From an uncultured Candidatus Saccharibacteria bacterium (GTDB lineage Bacteria > Patescibacteriota > UBA1384 > UBA12157 > JAENIV01), in contig CAYSSM010000004.1 of NCBI GenBank assembly GCA_964433905.1, positions 1-44,030 on the forward strand: a stretch of 44,030 nt of DNA. The letters are read 5' to 3'. The number at the start of each line of letters is the position of its first letter. Positions within the stretch are counted from its first letter, which is position 1. The notes under the pieces were generated by a model. The model was not told the DNA's origin, did no database searches, and was given only the letters and a program-made list of their open reading frames with translations. The position numbers and the translations under genes were made by a program. Shown here piece by piece: positions 1 to 9,324 of this stretch.

Positions 1-342
1 CTGAGAGATTTTCCGACCAAAAAAACCTTGCTGATTAATTTCAATAATTGTGTCAAAGCAAACAATATAAACATCATAATAATACGAGATCCATGCGATA
101 AATGTGACTGTGGCAGTAATAAGATAATAAATTGATAAAATAAGGGTTAAAAAGTTCAAAACCAATCCTTGAAGAATTACTCTTTGGGTAAAATAGATTG
201 TGATCAATATTATCACTGGTAGGATTAACATCATCATTGACAGCAAAAATTGACCGATAAATGACGCCCAATGACGGTGAACAAAAATCACTATTTTAGA
301 TTCATCGACCGACCCCGGCACTGGAAAATGATATTCAGCCAT
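1..342 (-). CDS. Membrane protein with probable bacterial PH (bPH_2-like) domain, truncated by window edge
   Basis: Own translation from ATG at 342: MAEYHFPVPGSVDESKIVIFVHRHWASF... two hydrophobic helices ...WISYYYDVYIVCFDTIIEINQQGFFGRKISQ, open to position 1; not in the ORF track. Confidence 0.7.
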   Translation of the reverse strand, partial: MAEYHFPVPGSVDESKIVIFVHRHWASFIGQFLLSMMMLILPVIILITIYFTQRVILQGLVLNFLTLILSIYYLITATVTFIAWISYYYDVYIVCFDTIIEINQQGFFGRKISQ

Positions 343-362
343 TACTAAACCCTTCTAAAAAA

Positions 363-584
363 TTAAAGATGTAATAATTCCGGTAAATTTTTACCCCAAT
401 CCAATTGAGAGGTTATGGTAAATGTAATAAAGATAACCGCGCCGATAAAAATTAAATAAACTAAAATTGCCAAAGGAATTTTATCGCCCTTTATTCTCAT
501 TTTGATAACCCGATAAATTCCGTAAACATTAAAAACAGAATAGATAAGTAAAAATAAAAGCCAAAAAATTAAAAATAGATACAT
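363..584 (-). CDS. Small two-helix membrane protein, hypothetical
   Basis: 73 aa ORF with two hydrophobic segments, tightly packed in the operon. Confidence 0.65.
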   Translation of the reverse strand: MYLFLIFWLLFLLIYSVFNVYGIYRVIKMRIKGDKIPLAILVYLIFIGAVIFITFTITSQLDWGKNLPELLHL

Positions 585-593
585 AATTTATCT

Positions 594-1712
594 TTAGTCG
601 ATCATGTGACTGTAACGCGTCCAAAGCCCGCCGCCATGATCAACAATTACCGTATTGCCAAAACCGCCGTAATATTCATGTAAAATAATATCGCCGGCAG
701 CTGCAGCGCGAATGGGAGCGCCGTAACCGTCATTTGAAGCCAAATCGATTGCACTATGAAATGAATACCAAGGTGAAGCCCATTGAGCCGGACCAAATTC
801 TTGAGTCACTCGAAAATTAGTCATTGGCCAGGCTAAAATTCCACCTAAATAGTTACGAGGATTCACTGGCGAGCCATTAACATAAACGCCAAAATCAAGG
901 TGAGGGCCGGTTGAAAAGCCACTATTTCCTTCATAACCAATAATATCGCCTTGATTGACATAACCGTAAGATACTCGATTACCGCGAGTTAAAGCCGCAA
1001 TCTGCGCATTAAGTTTAGCCAGCGACGCTCTTGCTTCTGCGGCTTTCTGTTCATAAGCTTTTTGCGCGTCAACAGCCGAAGAAAGCATGATGTTTTTCTG
1101 ACTTTTTTGGGAATCCAAACCGCGTTTTTGCGCTTGCTGTTGGGATTTCAAATCATCCAAACTGGTTTTTTCTTTTTCCAATTCGTTACGCTTGTCTTCC
1201 AGCTGTCTTTTTAATTCATAAATTACATTGATAGTCGTCTCAATTTGATATTCTAACGCCTCAATGTACTGAGCACGGTCGACAATTTCCGATAACGAAT
1301 TCGAGCCAACAATAATTTCCACTGTTGACTGTTCCGGGCTTTCATACATTACCCGCATCGTCTCAAACAAATTTTCTTTTTGAACCGCCAGTTCTTGTTC
1401 TTTTTGAGTAATTTGATTTTGAGTATCTTTAATCGCTCTTTCTGTCTCTTGAATATTAAAATCGGTCTGGGCAATTGATGCTTCGATTTGAGAAATAGAA
1501 GCATCCAAAACTTTAATTTCGTTCTTCAGCGACTGAGCTTCTTTCATTTTCTCGTCAGCCGCTTTTCTTGCCGCGTTAAGTTCTTGATTCTTTTTTGTCT
1601 GCTCTTGACGCAGACTGTCAAGATCGTCGGCAGAAGATGTTTTTAAGTACCCAAAAAAAGCAAATATTAGCACGAAGCAGATTAATATCATCCTGAAAAA
1701 AAATTTAGCCAT
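594..1712 (-). CDS. Coiled-coil M23 family peptidoglycan hydrolase/activator (EnvC/CwlO-like FtsEX partner) with permuted M23 domain
   Basis: Signal peptide from MAKFF (ATG 1712), long coiled coil, [18 protein letters not shown] and [15 protein letters not shown] motifs; directly downstream of ftsX. Confidence 0.85.
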   Translation of the reverse strand: MAKFFFRMILICFVLIFAFFGYLKTSSADDLDSLRQEQTKKNQELNAARKAADEKMKEAQSLKNEIKVLDASISQIEASIAQTDFNIQETERAIKDTQNQITQKEQELAVQKENLFETMRVMYESPEQSTVEIIVGSNSLSEIVDRAQYIEALEYQIETTINVIYELKRQLEDKRNELEKEKTSLDDLKSQQQAQKRGLDSQKSQKNIMLSSAVDAQKAYEQKAAEARASLAKLNAQIAALTRGNRVSYGYVNQGDIIGYEGNSGFSTGPHLDFGVYVNGSPVNPRNYLGGILAWPMTNFRVTQEFGPAQWASPWYSFHSAIDLASNDGYGAPIRAAAAGDIILHEYYGGFGNTVIVDHGGGLWTRYSHMID

Positions 1713-1713
1713 T

Positions 1714-2628
1714 TTACACCTTAAGATATTTTCTAATTGAAAATAACGAACATCCAATACCGACAAGAATGCCAACCAAAAATTGCAGCAGTAAAATCAA
1801 GCCAAAATGTCCAGCAAAAAAATTCCTCATATTTTGAGAGACAGTCTCGCCTAAATATTGGTTAGTCAGCGGCGTGATTAGGCCAATACCAATCCAAAGC
1901 AGTAGCATGGCCAAAATACAAGCCAAAAATCCGTATAAAGCGCCTTCAACAATAAATGGGACTTTGATAAATCGATCGGAGGCGCCGACTAAGCGCATAA
2001 TTTCAATTTCCTGTTTTCGGGTAAAAATTGTTAAACGGATAGTATTTAGAATAACCAAAATCGACATTATAATAAATATGATAGAAAAGAAAGTCCCCAG
2101 TTTTTTAATAAAAGAAGTGATCGCCAAAAGTTTATCGATAATTTGCTTATTCTCTTCATAAGAAATTTTATGAATAATCGACCGGAAATCGTCAGAACTT
2201 AAATAATCGGCAATATTGTTTAAGTTCGAGGGATCAATTGCCTTCACGGCAAGCGATCTTGGTAAGGGATTTTCGTCAGTTGTAACCAATTCCCTTATCC
2301 TTTGGTTTTTCTGCTTTTCGTTCCAAATTTGCAAAGCTTCTTCTTTGGAAATATAGCGCACTTCCTTAACATCGGACCGAGCAGCTAATTTCTGTTGAAT
2401 ATCGCTTATTTCATCTGTTGTCGCCGAATCTTTAAAATAAACCGTAATATCCATTTTCGCTTTTATTCGATCGGTCGTTTTACCAATAACAATCGTCATA
2501 ACCACGAAAAGAGAAATAATGAGCAATGTTAGCGTCATCACCAATGTCGAAGCTAGTGATAGCCAGCGGTTACGCCAAAAGTTCGTTAATCCTAAATTTG
2601 TAATCCTTTTAATTGAAATCCAGTTCAA
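1714..2628 (-). CDS. ftsX: Cell division permease FtsX
   Basis: [52 protein letters not shown]. Confidence 0.95.
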   Translation of the reverse strand: MNWISIKRITNLGLTNFWRNRWLSLASTLVMTLTLLIISLFVVMTIVIGKTTDRIKAKMDITVYFKDSATTDEISDIQQKLAARSDVKEVRYISKEEALQIWNEKQKNQRIRELVTTDENPLPRSLAVKAIDPSNLNNIADYLSSDDFRSIIHKISYEENKQIIDKLLAITSFIKKLGTFFSIIFIIMSILVILNTIRLTIFTRKQEIEIMRLVGASDRFIKVPFIVEGALYGFLACILAMLLLWIGIGLITPLTNQYLGETVSQNMRNFFAGHFGLILLLQFLVGILVGIGCSLFSIRKYLKV

Positions 2629-3305
2629 ATTACGTATCCTCCCCGATATTTATCAGAACCTATTTGACCATTTTTAATTAAAATGACTCGTCTTTTTAAG
2701 CGGTCAACGATAACTTTATTGTGAGTAGCTAAGATGACAATTGTCCCCCGCTGGTTGATGCGATCAAGCAATTCAATAATTTCCCACGCATTAACCGGGT
2801 CTAAATTGCCAGTAGGCTCATCGGCGATTAAAATTTTTGGCGAATGGACTAAAGATCTGGCAATGCTTACCCTTTGGCGTTCACCACCGGATATTTCATC
2901 CGGATAATTATCTTTGCGCTTAAGCATGCCCACCAAATCCAAGATCCGAGGAACTTTATCGCTAATTTCTTGGGGATCAGCATCGCAAACTTCCAAGGCA
3001 AAAGCCACATTTTCATAAACGGTTTTTTGCGGCAAAAGTTTGAAATCCTGAAAAACAACGCCGATTTTTCTTCGAAAATAAGGCAACTCGTTCGATTTAA
3101 GTTGGACTATGTTTCTACCGGCAATTAAAATTTTTCCGGCAGTCGGTTTTTCCTCGCAAATAAGCATCTTGACAAGGGTTGATTTCCCTGCTCCAGAAGG
3201 ACCAACGATCGAGACAAACTCGCCTTTTTCGATTTTAAGATTTATATTTGTTAATGCAAGGATTTTTTCACCGTATGTTTTTGAAACCCCAATTACTTCG
3301 ATCAA
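2625..3305 (-). CDS. ftsE: Cell division ATP-binding protein FtsE
   Basis: GPSGAGKST, RRKIGVVFQDFKLL, SGGERQR, IADEPTGNLD; adjacent to ftsX. Confidence 0.95.
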   Translation of the reverse strand: MIEVIGVSKTYGEKILALTNINLKIEKGEFVSIVGPSGAGKSTLVKMLICEEKPTAGKILIAGRNIVQLKSNELPYFRRKIGVVFQDFKLLPQKTVYENVAFALEVCDADPQEISDKVPRILDLVGMLKRKDNYPDEISGGERQRVSIARSLVHSPKILIADEPTGNLDPVNAWEIIELLDRINQRGTIVILATHNKVIVDRLKRRVILIKNGQIGSDKYRGGYVI

Positions 3306-3344
3306 AAAGCGCCTCCTTTATCAGTTTATCAAAAAAATTCTCAA

Positions 3345-5072
3345 TTACCAATGCCCGCTCCTTTTACTCCACAAAATAAGCGAATTAACATCTCTACTAT
3401 TAACAATATCTTCTTTTTCCAACCATCCGCGCCGCGCCACCGCCACTCCAAAACGCATTAACTCAAGATGACCGGCTTGGTGAGAATCGGTCGAAATAGC
3501 AAATTTAACCCCGTAAGATTTCGCTTCCCTGCAAAGACTGTCTTTCAAGTCTAATCTATTAGGAAAAGCGGAAATTTCTAAAACGGTGCCGGTTTCTTTA
3601 CAAGCACGAAAAACTTGCGACCAATCAACTTCGTATGGCTCGCGCTGACCGATGATACGGCCCGAAGGATGACCGATAATATCTACATGAGGATGATTGA
3701 TTGCCTTAATCAATCTATTGGTCATAGTTTCTTTATCCTGGAAAAAACTGGTATGGACTGAAGCGGTAACTATATCTAATTTTTCCAGCATCCAGTCTTT
3801 TATATCCAAATCACCATCAGCTTTGATGTTAACTTCAACTGATGATAAAATTTTTATTTTAGGATGTATTTTTTGAACTTTTTCAATTTCTTTTTGACGA
3901 AGTTCCAGTCTTTTTTCATCCAAGCCATTGGCGATGCCTAAACCGACCGTATGATCGGATATGACGATATATTCATATCCAAGCTTTTCAGCAGCTCTAA
4001 CAATCTCAGAAATTGTCATTGCTCCATCCGACCAATTTGAATGAACATGCAAATCGCTTTTGATATCAGTAAGTTCAACCAATTTAGGTAATTTATGTTT
4101 TAAAGCTGCTTCAATTTCACCAGTATTTTCCCGCAATTCTGGCTCAATAAAATCCATGCCTAAAAAATTATAAACTTTCTTTTCCGTAGTAAATTTATGA
4201 AGCTTGCCTTCAAATTTAAAGCCGTGCTCGGAAAAACTCATATTTTTAGTTTGAGCGTATGTTCGCATTGCCACATTATGCTCTTTAGAACCAGTAAAAT
4301 GCTGCAGAAGCGAACCATACTCATCAGCCGGCAGTATCTCCAGATCAATTTGTGTTTTCTGATTGTGAATAACTGTTGACTTTGTCTCTCCCTTAGTTAG
4401 AACTTGAGAAATTCCAGGAAATTTTATAAATTCCTCAATTAGTTTTCTGGGATTAGAACTGGCAGCAATAATATCAATATCACCGATTGTTTCTTTCATC
4501 CGGCGCAGCGATCCCACATAATCAATTTTTTCTACTCCTTTTACTTTCTTCAAGTAAGTAACAATTTCTTCTGCAAGCGGCAGAGCTTCGGTAATTAACA
4601 TCCGACCGGTCATTCTTTTCATAATTTGGATTCCTCGTAAAATATTTGTAGCAGTTTTCGCCTTAAATAATTCATCACCTTTACCAGATTTTAGTTTTTT
4701 TTCTAAATCATCAATGTTTTTGGCTTTGAGTTCTTTGGTGATTTTAATTGCGGTTTTTGGCCCTACGCCAGGGATTTTTAGAAATTCGACTTCGGAAACG
4801 GGAACATCTTTTTTTATCTCGTCTAAATATTTTAATTTGCCGGTTTTTAAAAGCTCTTCGATTTTTTCAGCGATCGATCCACCGACATCAGGAATGTCGT
4901 TTAACGCTTTTATTCCGCCTTTTCTATAAACATCCTTCATTTCTTCGGCATAATTTTCGATTGTTTGAGCCGCCCGTTCGTAAGCGATGATACGGAATCT
5001 ATCAGCTGGATTTCCTAATTCCAATATTTTCGCGATTTGATAAAAAGTTTGTCCGATTTCTTTATCGGTCAT
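3345..5072 (-). CDS. polX: DNA polymerase X with C-terminal PHP domain
   Basis: GSLRRMKETIGDID, HFTGSKEHN, PHP motifs DLHVHSNWSDG, SDH, HPSGR, STDSH. Confidence 0.95.
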   Translation of the reverse strand: MTDKEIGQTFYQIAKILELGNPADRFRIIAYERAAQTIENYAEEMKDVYRKGGIKALNDIPDVGGSIAEKIEELLKTGKLKYLDEIKKDVPVSEVEFLKIPGVGPKTAIKITKELKAKNIDDLEKKLKSGKGDELFKAKTATNILRGIQIMKRMTGRMLITEALPLAEEIVTYLKKVKGVEKIDYVGSLRRMKETIGDIDIIAASSNPRKLIEEFIKFPGISQVLTKGETKSTVIHNQKTQIDLEILPADEYGSLLQHFTGSKEHNVAMRTYAQTKNMSFSEHGFKFEGKLHKFTTEKKVYNFLGMDFIEPELRENTGEIEAALKHKLPKLVELTDIKSDLHVHSNWSDGAMTISEIVRAAEKLGYEYIVISDHTVGLGIANGLDEKRLELRQKEIEKVQKIHPKIKILSSVEVNIKADGDLDIKDWMLEKLDIVTASVHTSFFQDKETMTNRLIKAINHPHVDIIGHPSGRIIGQREPYEVDWSQVFRACKETGTVLEISAFPNRLDLKDSLCREAKSYGVKFAISTDSHQAGHLELMRFGVAVARRGWLEKEDIVNSRDVNSLILWSKRSGHW

Positions 5073-5144
5073 TAAACACCTCGTTAAATATATTATACTC
5101 TAATTTGAACATTATTAATTTATTAATCCTCTTTATAAACCATA

Positions 5145-5182
5145 TTGATGCCTATAAACGCGATAGCAGTTATAGGCATCAA
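5145..5182. repeat. 38-bp palindrome with 13-bp perfect arms, downstream of PaaX-like gene
   Basis: ttgatgcctataa-acgcgatagcag-ttataggcatcaa. Confidence 0.8.
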
Positions 5183-5188
5183 CAAAAT

Positions 5189-5731
5189 CTATCTGTCAAA
5201 GAAATATTTCATTATTTCTACATGATCGGAAATGTATTCAAGACGGCCTATTGTAACAAATCTTTCGATACCACATAAAGAGGTTAGAAATAAGATTTCT
5301 TCTCCGCATTCGTAAGGAAAAATAAAAACACTTTCCTGGAATCGATAAAAACCAATATCTTTTAATTTTTGAGCAAAAAAATCCCGTTCTTTCTTTTTGG
5401 TTTCAGGAATATCAAAAAAAACTATTCTCCATTTTTTATCCCATTTCGAGGGTTTTTTAATCTCCAGATGGTCAAGATCGATTTTCTTTAAAAAATCTCT
5501 GCCATTTCTTGATAATCTAACCGAATAACCATCTTTTGTTTCTTGTAGTTCGACCATCTTCCTTTGTTTCAAACGTAATAACGATCTCTTAACGTCTCCA
5601 CTATTCATTTTTTTATTCAGAAATTCATAGAATGACTTTATCATTTTAGGATTTTGCAAAGAAAAATAAAAAGCTCCGCTTAAAGCAGTGAACTTTAAAA
5701 TTTTAATTGCCAGTTCGCCAGGTCTTTTCAT
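5189..5731 (-). CDS. PaaX-like protein (winged-helix N-terminus, Cas2-like ferredoxin-fold domain) of the type common in CPR
   Basis: WDKKWRIVFFDIPE..KKERD..L..IGFYRFQESVF motif. Confidence 0.8.
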   Translation of the reverse strand: MKRPGELAIKILKFTALSGAFYFSLQNPKMIKSFYEFLNKKMNSGDVKRSLLRLKQRKMVELQETKDGYSVRLSRNGRDFLKKIDLDHLEIKKPSKWDKKWRIVFFDIPETKKKERDFFAQKLKDIGFYRFQESVFIFPYECGEEILFLTSLCGIERFVTIGRLEYISDHVEIMKYFFDR

Positions 5732-5761
5732 ATAGTATTTTCCATTTGAATAAATAAATCA

Positions 5762-5795
5762 TAAGCCTATAAGCGCTATAGCGATTAAAGACTTA
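5762..5795. repeat. Imperfect palindrome upstream of PaaX-like gene, homologous to 5145-5182
   Basis: taagcctataa-gcgctatagcga-ttaaagactta. Confidence 0.65.
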
Positions 5796-5831
5796 CTTTT
5801 TAAATTATATCACAATATTCCATGATATAGG

Positions 5832-6386
5832 CTACAGTTCTTTGTACATTTTAACTGAATCAGAAAATCTATTTTTTCGAAACAAACCATTGGGCAATCT
5901 GCCCCATTCCTTAAAACCCACTTTTTTATAAAAAGAAATTGCAGGATTATTATCGGAAAAAACGGTTAGAGAAACTATATTCATTTCCATATTTTTTGCA
6001 TGTTCAATAATCAAGTTTAAAAGAAAACTGCCAATTCCTTCACGGCGAAAATTTTTATCAACCATTATTCCGATTTTACCGACATGTTTATCGCGAGCAG
6101 TCCCGCCTTGGTAGACATCGCACGAACCTACAATTTTATCATTACATATCGCCCAAATCACATAAGCTTTTTTATATTTGATATTATTTAATACAGACTT
6201 TAGCCAAAGCTCCTCTTCGATTTTTGTAATTGGCTTTTCGGGAATAAATGATAAAAATGTGTCCTCCTTGGAAAGATCATTAACGAATTTTAAAATTTGA
6301 TCGAGCCGATCTAACGACGGCTCATAAATTTCAATTTCTTTGCCGCTTTTTGACATAAATTTCATCAAAGGTTTATTACTAAACAT
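5832..6386 (-). CDS. GNAT family N-acetyltransferase
   Basis: IGIMVDKNFRREGIGS, VFSDNNPAISFYKKVGF. Confidence 0.9.
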   Translation of the reverse strand: MFSNKPLMKFMSKSGKEIEIYEPSLDRLDQILKFVNDLSKEDTFLSFIPEKPITKIEEELWLKSVLNNIKYKKAYVIWAICNDKIVGSCDVYQGGTARDKHVGKIGIMVDKNFRREGIGSFLLNLIIEHAKNMEMNIVSLTVFSDNNPAISFYKKVGFKEWGRLPNGLFRKNRFSDSVKMYKEL

Positions 6387-7350
6387 TTTTACCTTGTGCT
6401 AAATTGATTAATTTTGTCAATAAATCTTTATATGAAAGCCCGCTTGCTTCAATAAGCTTTGGGTACATTGAGATGCTCGTAAAGCCAGGAATAGTGTTTA
6501 ATTCATTAATATAGACTTTTTTATCCTTTTTTCCAACAAACATATCAACCCTGGCCATGCCGACACAGCCTAATACTCGATATGCTTTTTCAGCCATGTT
6601 TTGAATTTCTTGTTGTTTGCGCCGAGAAAAGTCAGCCGGAATAATAAGTTCTGATTTAGCGCCATATTTTGCCTTATAAGTGTAAAATTCTTCTACGAGA
6701 ATGATTTCGCCGGGAAGCGAGACAAGTAAATTATCAGTCCCTAAAATTGCCACTTCAATTTCGCGGATGTTATCAAGAGCTTTTTCGATAATTATTTGAT
6801 CGTCATATTTTAAAGCAAGGTTAATGGCCTTTCTAAGATTTAGTTTTGACTTAACTAAGCTTATGCCAATGCTTGAGCCCGTATGAGCGGGTTTAATAAA
6901 AACCGGTGGCTTAATGCTATTAATAATTTTTCGAGGAGTTTTTAGCCACTGGTTTTTCGTAAAAAACTGGAAAGAGGGGATTGGTATTTTTAAATTTTGG
7001 AAAATTTGTTTTGAAGCAATTTTATCTAAGGCTAAAGCTGAAGCTTCAATACCGCAACCTACATATGGCTTTTGCATAATCTCACAAAATCCCTGGATAG
7101 AACCGTCTTCCCCACCGATTCCGTGAAGCACAGGGAAAATTACATCTGATAATAAGAAGGATTTTAATTCAAATTTACCGTCTTTTGAAATAAAAATCGG
7201 CACGACATCAAAAAGACTGTCGTCAATATTTGCCATCACCGATTCCGCCGACATCACCGAAACATCGTGCTCGGCTGAAATTCCCCCATACATTACCGCA
7301 ACTTTAACCCGCGGCGGCGGCGGATTTCGCTTTTGCTCAATTTTTTTCAT
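6379..7350 (-). CDS. ddl: D-alanine--D-alanine ligase
   Basis: YGGISAEHDVS, LHGIGGEDG, GSSIGI, NELNTIPGFT..SMYP. Confidence 0.95.
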   Translation of the reverse strand: MKKIEQKRNPPPPRVKVAVMYGGISAEHDVSVMSAESVMANIDDSLFDVVPIFISKDGKFELKSFLLSDVIFPVLHGIGGEDGSIQGFCEIMQKPYVGCGIEASALALDKIASKQIFQNLKIPIPSFQFFTKNQWLKTPRKIINSIKPPVFIKPAHTGSSIGISLVKSKLNLRKAINLALKYDDQIIIEKALDNIREIEVAILGTDNLLVSLPGEIILVEEFYTYKAKYGAKSELIIPADFSRRKQQEIQNMAEKAYRVLGCVGMARVDMFVGKKDKKVYINELNTIPGFTSISMYPKLIEASGLSYKDLLTKLINLAQGKNV

Positions 7351-7511
7351 CCTGTTTTTTTCTTAGAAATTCTATGGCCAGCAGCTCTGGCTTTGGAGAT
7401 ATTAATAGCCGCTTCCTGCTTTTCAGCAGAAGCTTGCGTGGCATGTCTTCCCAAAATCCTTTTGCCATCGTGGGTATAAAGATACCACTTTTTCCCAACT
7501 TTTTTGATCAT
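7347..7511 (-). CDS. 54-aa basic small protein, hypothetical (absent from ORF track)
   Basis: MIKKVGKKWYLYTHDGKRILGRHATQASAEKQEAAINISKARAAGHRISKKKTG; fills the gap and its TGA overlaps the ddl ATG (ATGA). Confidence 0.7.
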   Translation of the reverse strand: MIKKVGKKWYLYTHDGKRILGRHATQASAEKQEAAINISKARAAGHRISKKKTG

Positions 7512-7527
7512 TTTTACCCCCGCAGAT

Positions 7528-8142
7528 TTATTCTATTTTATAACTCGATAAGATATTGTCAAAGACATGCGCCGAAAATTCATCGTTGTCTGAAAAAGCG
7601 ATTTCCATTTGCAAATTATAAAAAATACCGTTTTTTAAAGCCGAGACTTGATCAACAAAAGTTAAAATGCCTGTAATAGAATCAATGTATGTCCATTGTC
7701 TTTCCTTAGCGGGAACCCCTCCCAAGGTTGTATCCTCGGTCAGAATTTCTTTGGCACTTTCTGGATTTTTTGCCTCTTGAAATAAATTGTTTCTTACCCA
7801 ATCAAGATATTCGGAAAGATCTTGGGACAAAACATTGTTCGATCCATATACCCTAACTGTCATTTTGGGATCGCTTGTAGACAAAGTTACACCGTCGCCA
7901 TTCTGCGACTCCTGCGCGGAAAAAGTTGAAGGGTATTTGAGTGAAAAACCATAACGAGCGTTTGCGTAAGAAGATAATGTCCCAGTCTGGAGATTCGTCG
8001 TCGGCGAAGGCGATATTTGTGTTGTCCCGACTTTGTAGAAATAGTAGCATCCAAACCCAAAAAGCAATCCGCCGATAATTAAAATTCCAAAAACCACCGC
8101 CACAATAATCCAAATTGTTTTTGAGTTGTTTTCTTTAGCCAT
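7528..8142 (-). CDS. Membrane-anchored extracellular protein, PsbP/Mog1-like domain possible
   Basis: N-terminal TM helix, S/P/T linker, Y.N..YGFSLKYP and FDNILSSYK motifs. Confidence 0.7.
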   Translation of the reverse strand: MAKENNSKTIWIIVAVVFGILIIGGLLFGFGCYYFYKVGTTQISPSPTTNLQTGTLSSYANARYGFSLKYPSTFSAQESQNGDGVTLSTSDPKMTVRVYGSNNVLSQDLSEYLDWVRNNLFQEAKNPESAKEILTEDTTLGGVPAKERQWTYIDSITGILTFVDQVSALKNGIFYNLQMEIAFSDNDEFSAHVFDNILSSYKIE

Positions 8143-8217
8143 TTTTCACTTTCTAGAGGATATTAATTTGCAATATTTTAAATTTCCCTTCGGTTTTGTT
8201 TTTGGAAAAAACCTTTA

Positions 8218-8273
8218 CCCCTCGTAGCTTTCTTGTCCGCCATAGCTTCAGCGAAGGCGGAAGCGAAGTGGGG
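8218..8273. repeat. Nested REP-like palindromic element
   Basis: Outer cccctcgtagctt...agcgaagtgggg enclosing inner tccgccatagcttcagcgaaggcgga (8236-8261). Confidence 0.75.
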
Positions 8274-8299
8274 CAATTAAATTCTGTTTTATATCCCAT

Positions 8300-8725
8300 T
8301 TATTTACCCAAATATGCCAATATTGATGAACCGCCAATTATTAACATCAAGGCAATAATTTTTAAAAAGCTAACACTTTCACCCATAAAGAATCCAATTA
8401 CTGTTGCAAGTGCCATACTCCCACCGATAATTATTGGTCCCCCAATAGAAACCGGAAGTCCTTTTCCATAAGCTGACAAAGCAAAAAAATCAATACAAAA
8501 TGCCGTGATTCCAGCCAAAATCACAAAGACTATTCCTCGCCAATCTTGTATAAGATCAATAGATTTAAATCTTGGTATTAAAACAATAAGACCCACAACA
8601 ACTGCGACTGCGGAAACAATAATTGCTCCAAAAATTTGATTAATATGAGGTGCAGCAACTTTATGAAAAACGGTCCAAAGACCGAAAGATACCGCCGCCA
8701 AAATTGCTAAATAAATTGGATTCAT
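8300..8725 (-). CDS. EamA/DMT family small membrane transporter
   Basis: 141 aa, about five TM helices, GESVSFLKIIAL motif. Confidence 0.8.
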   Translation of the reverse strand: MNPIYLAILAAVSFGLWTVFHKVAAPHINQIFGAIIVSAVAVVVGLIVLIPRFKSIDLIQDWRGIVFVILAGITAFCIDFFALSAYGKGLPVSIGGPIIIGGSMALATVIGFFMGESVSFLKIIALMLIIGGSSILAYLGK

Positions 8726-9324
8726 TTTTGCTCCTTCTTAATAACCTTAAATACCTTTCCATGGCCGGGAATAATAAAATCCCCAATTTCTAAAATCTTT
8801 TTCCGGCTATTCCCAAGAACTTTTTCATCCTTAACGTAAGGATCTTTATGTTTGATTAGACTTTCATAATCAGTCTTTTGCTCGTCATTATCCATCCACC
8901 AAAAAACATCACCAGCGACAACATAAGTGCCATCATCAGTTGGAACAATTAAGGCGCAATGAAATTGATCATGGCCGGGAGTTTGAATAATTTTCAAATC
9001 AGTACCAGGAATAATATTTTTATGATCGATCTGTTTATCGTTTTCGTAAATCTCCGTATCATTAAGAACTTTGGCATTTTCGAAAATTCCGGTGAGTAAT
9101 TGATGATCTGTATGATTGTGAGTCAAAAGAACATAATCGATATCAGTTGTAGTTAATTTATTTCCCGCCAAAGCTTTAAGCAATTCAGTCCGATTGCAAC
9201 CGGGATCAACAATAATTTTTTTGCTATCACTCTCTATCAAAGTCACTGTTGAACTTGCCAACCAGCCATCGGCAATTTTCTTTGCATAACCTTGGATTAA
9301 AATTTTTATTTGATTATTTTCCAT
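8722..9324 (-). CDS. Metallo-beta-lactamase fold hydrolase
   Basis: VDPG, THNHTDH, TPGH, AGD, IPGHG; likely start MENNQ at 9324. Confidence 0.9.
   Translation of the reverse strand: MENNQIKILIQGYAKKIADGWLASSTVTLIESDSKKIIVDPGCNRTELLKALAGNKLTTTDIDYVLLTHNHTDHQLLTGIFENAKVLNDTEIYENDKQIDHKNIIPGTDLKIIQTPGHDQFHCALIVPTDDGTYVVAGDVFWWMDNDEQKTDYESLIKHKDPYVKDEKVLGNSRKKILEIGDFIIPGHGKVFKVIKKEQK

Noticed and set aside
74-271. 65-aa ORF from the track
   Set aside because: Alternative frame inside the longer edge-truncated gene at 1-342.
5189-5731. Cas2 of a CRISPR-Cas system
   Set aside because: Has an N-terminal wHTH-like extension typical of PaaX-like proteins; no cas1 or array in the window.
7306-7326. 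GC-rich hairpin encoding NPPPPRV at the Ddl N-terminus as another in-frame REP
   Set aside because: Short, imperfect and not clearly matching a repeat family; cannot be supported without ortholog alignment.
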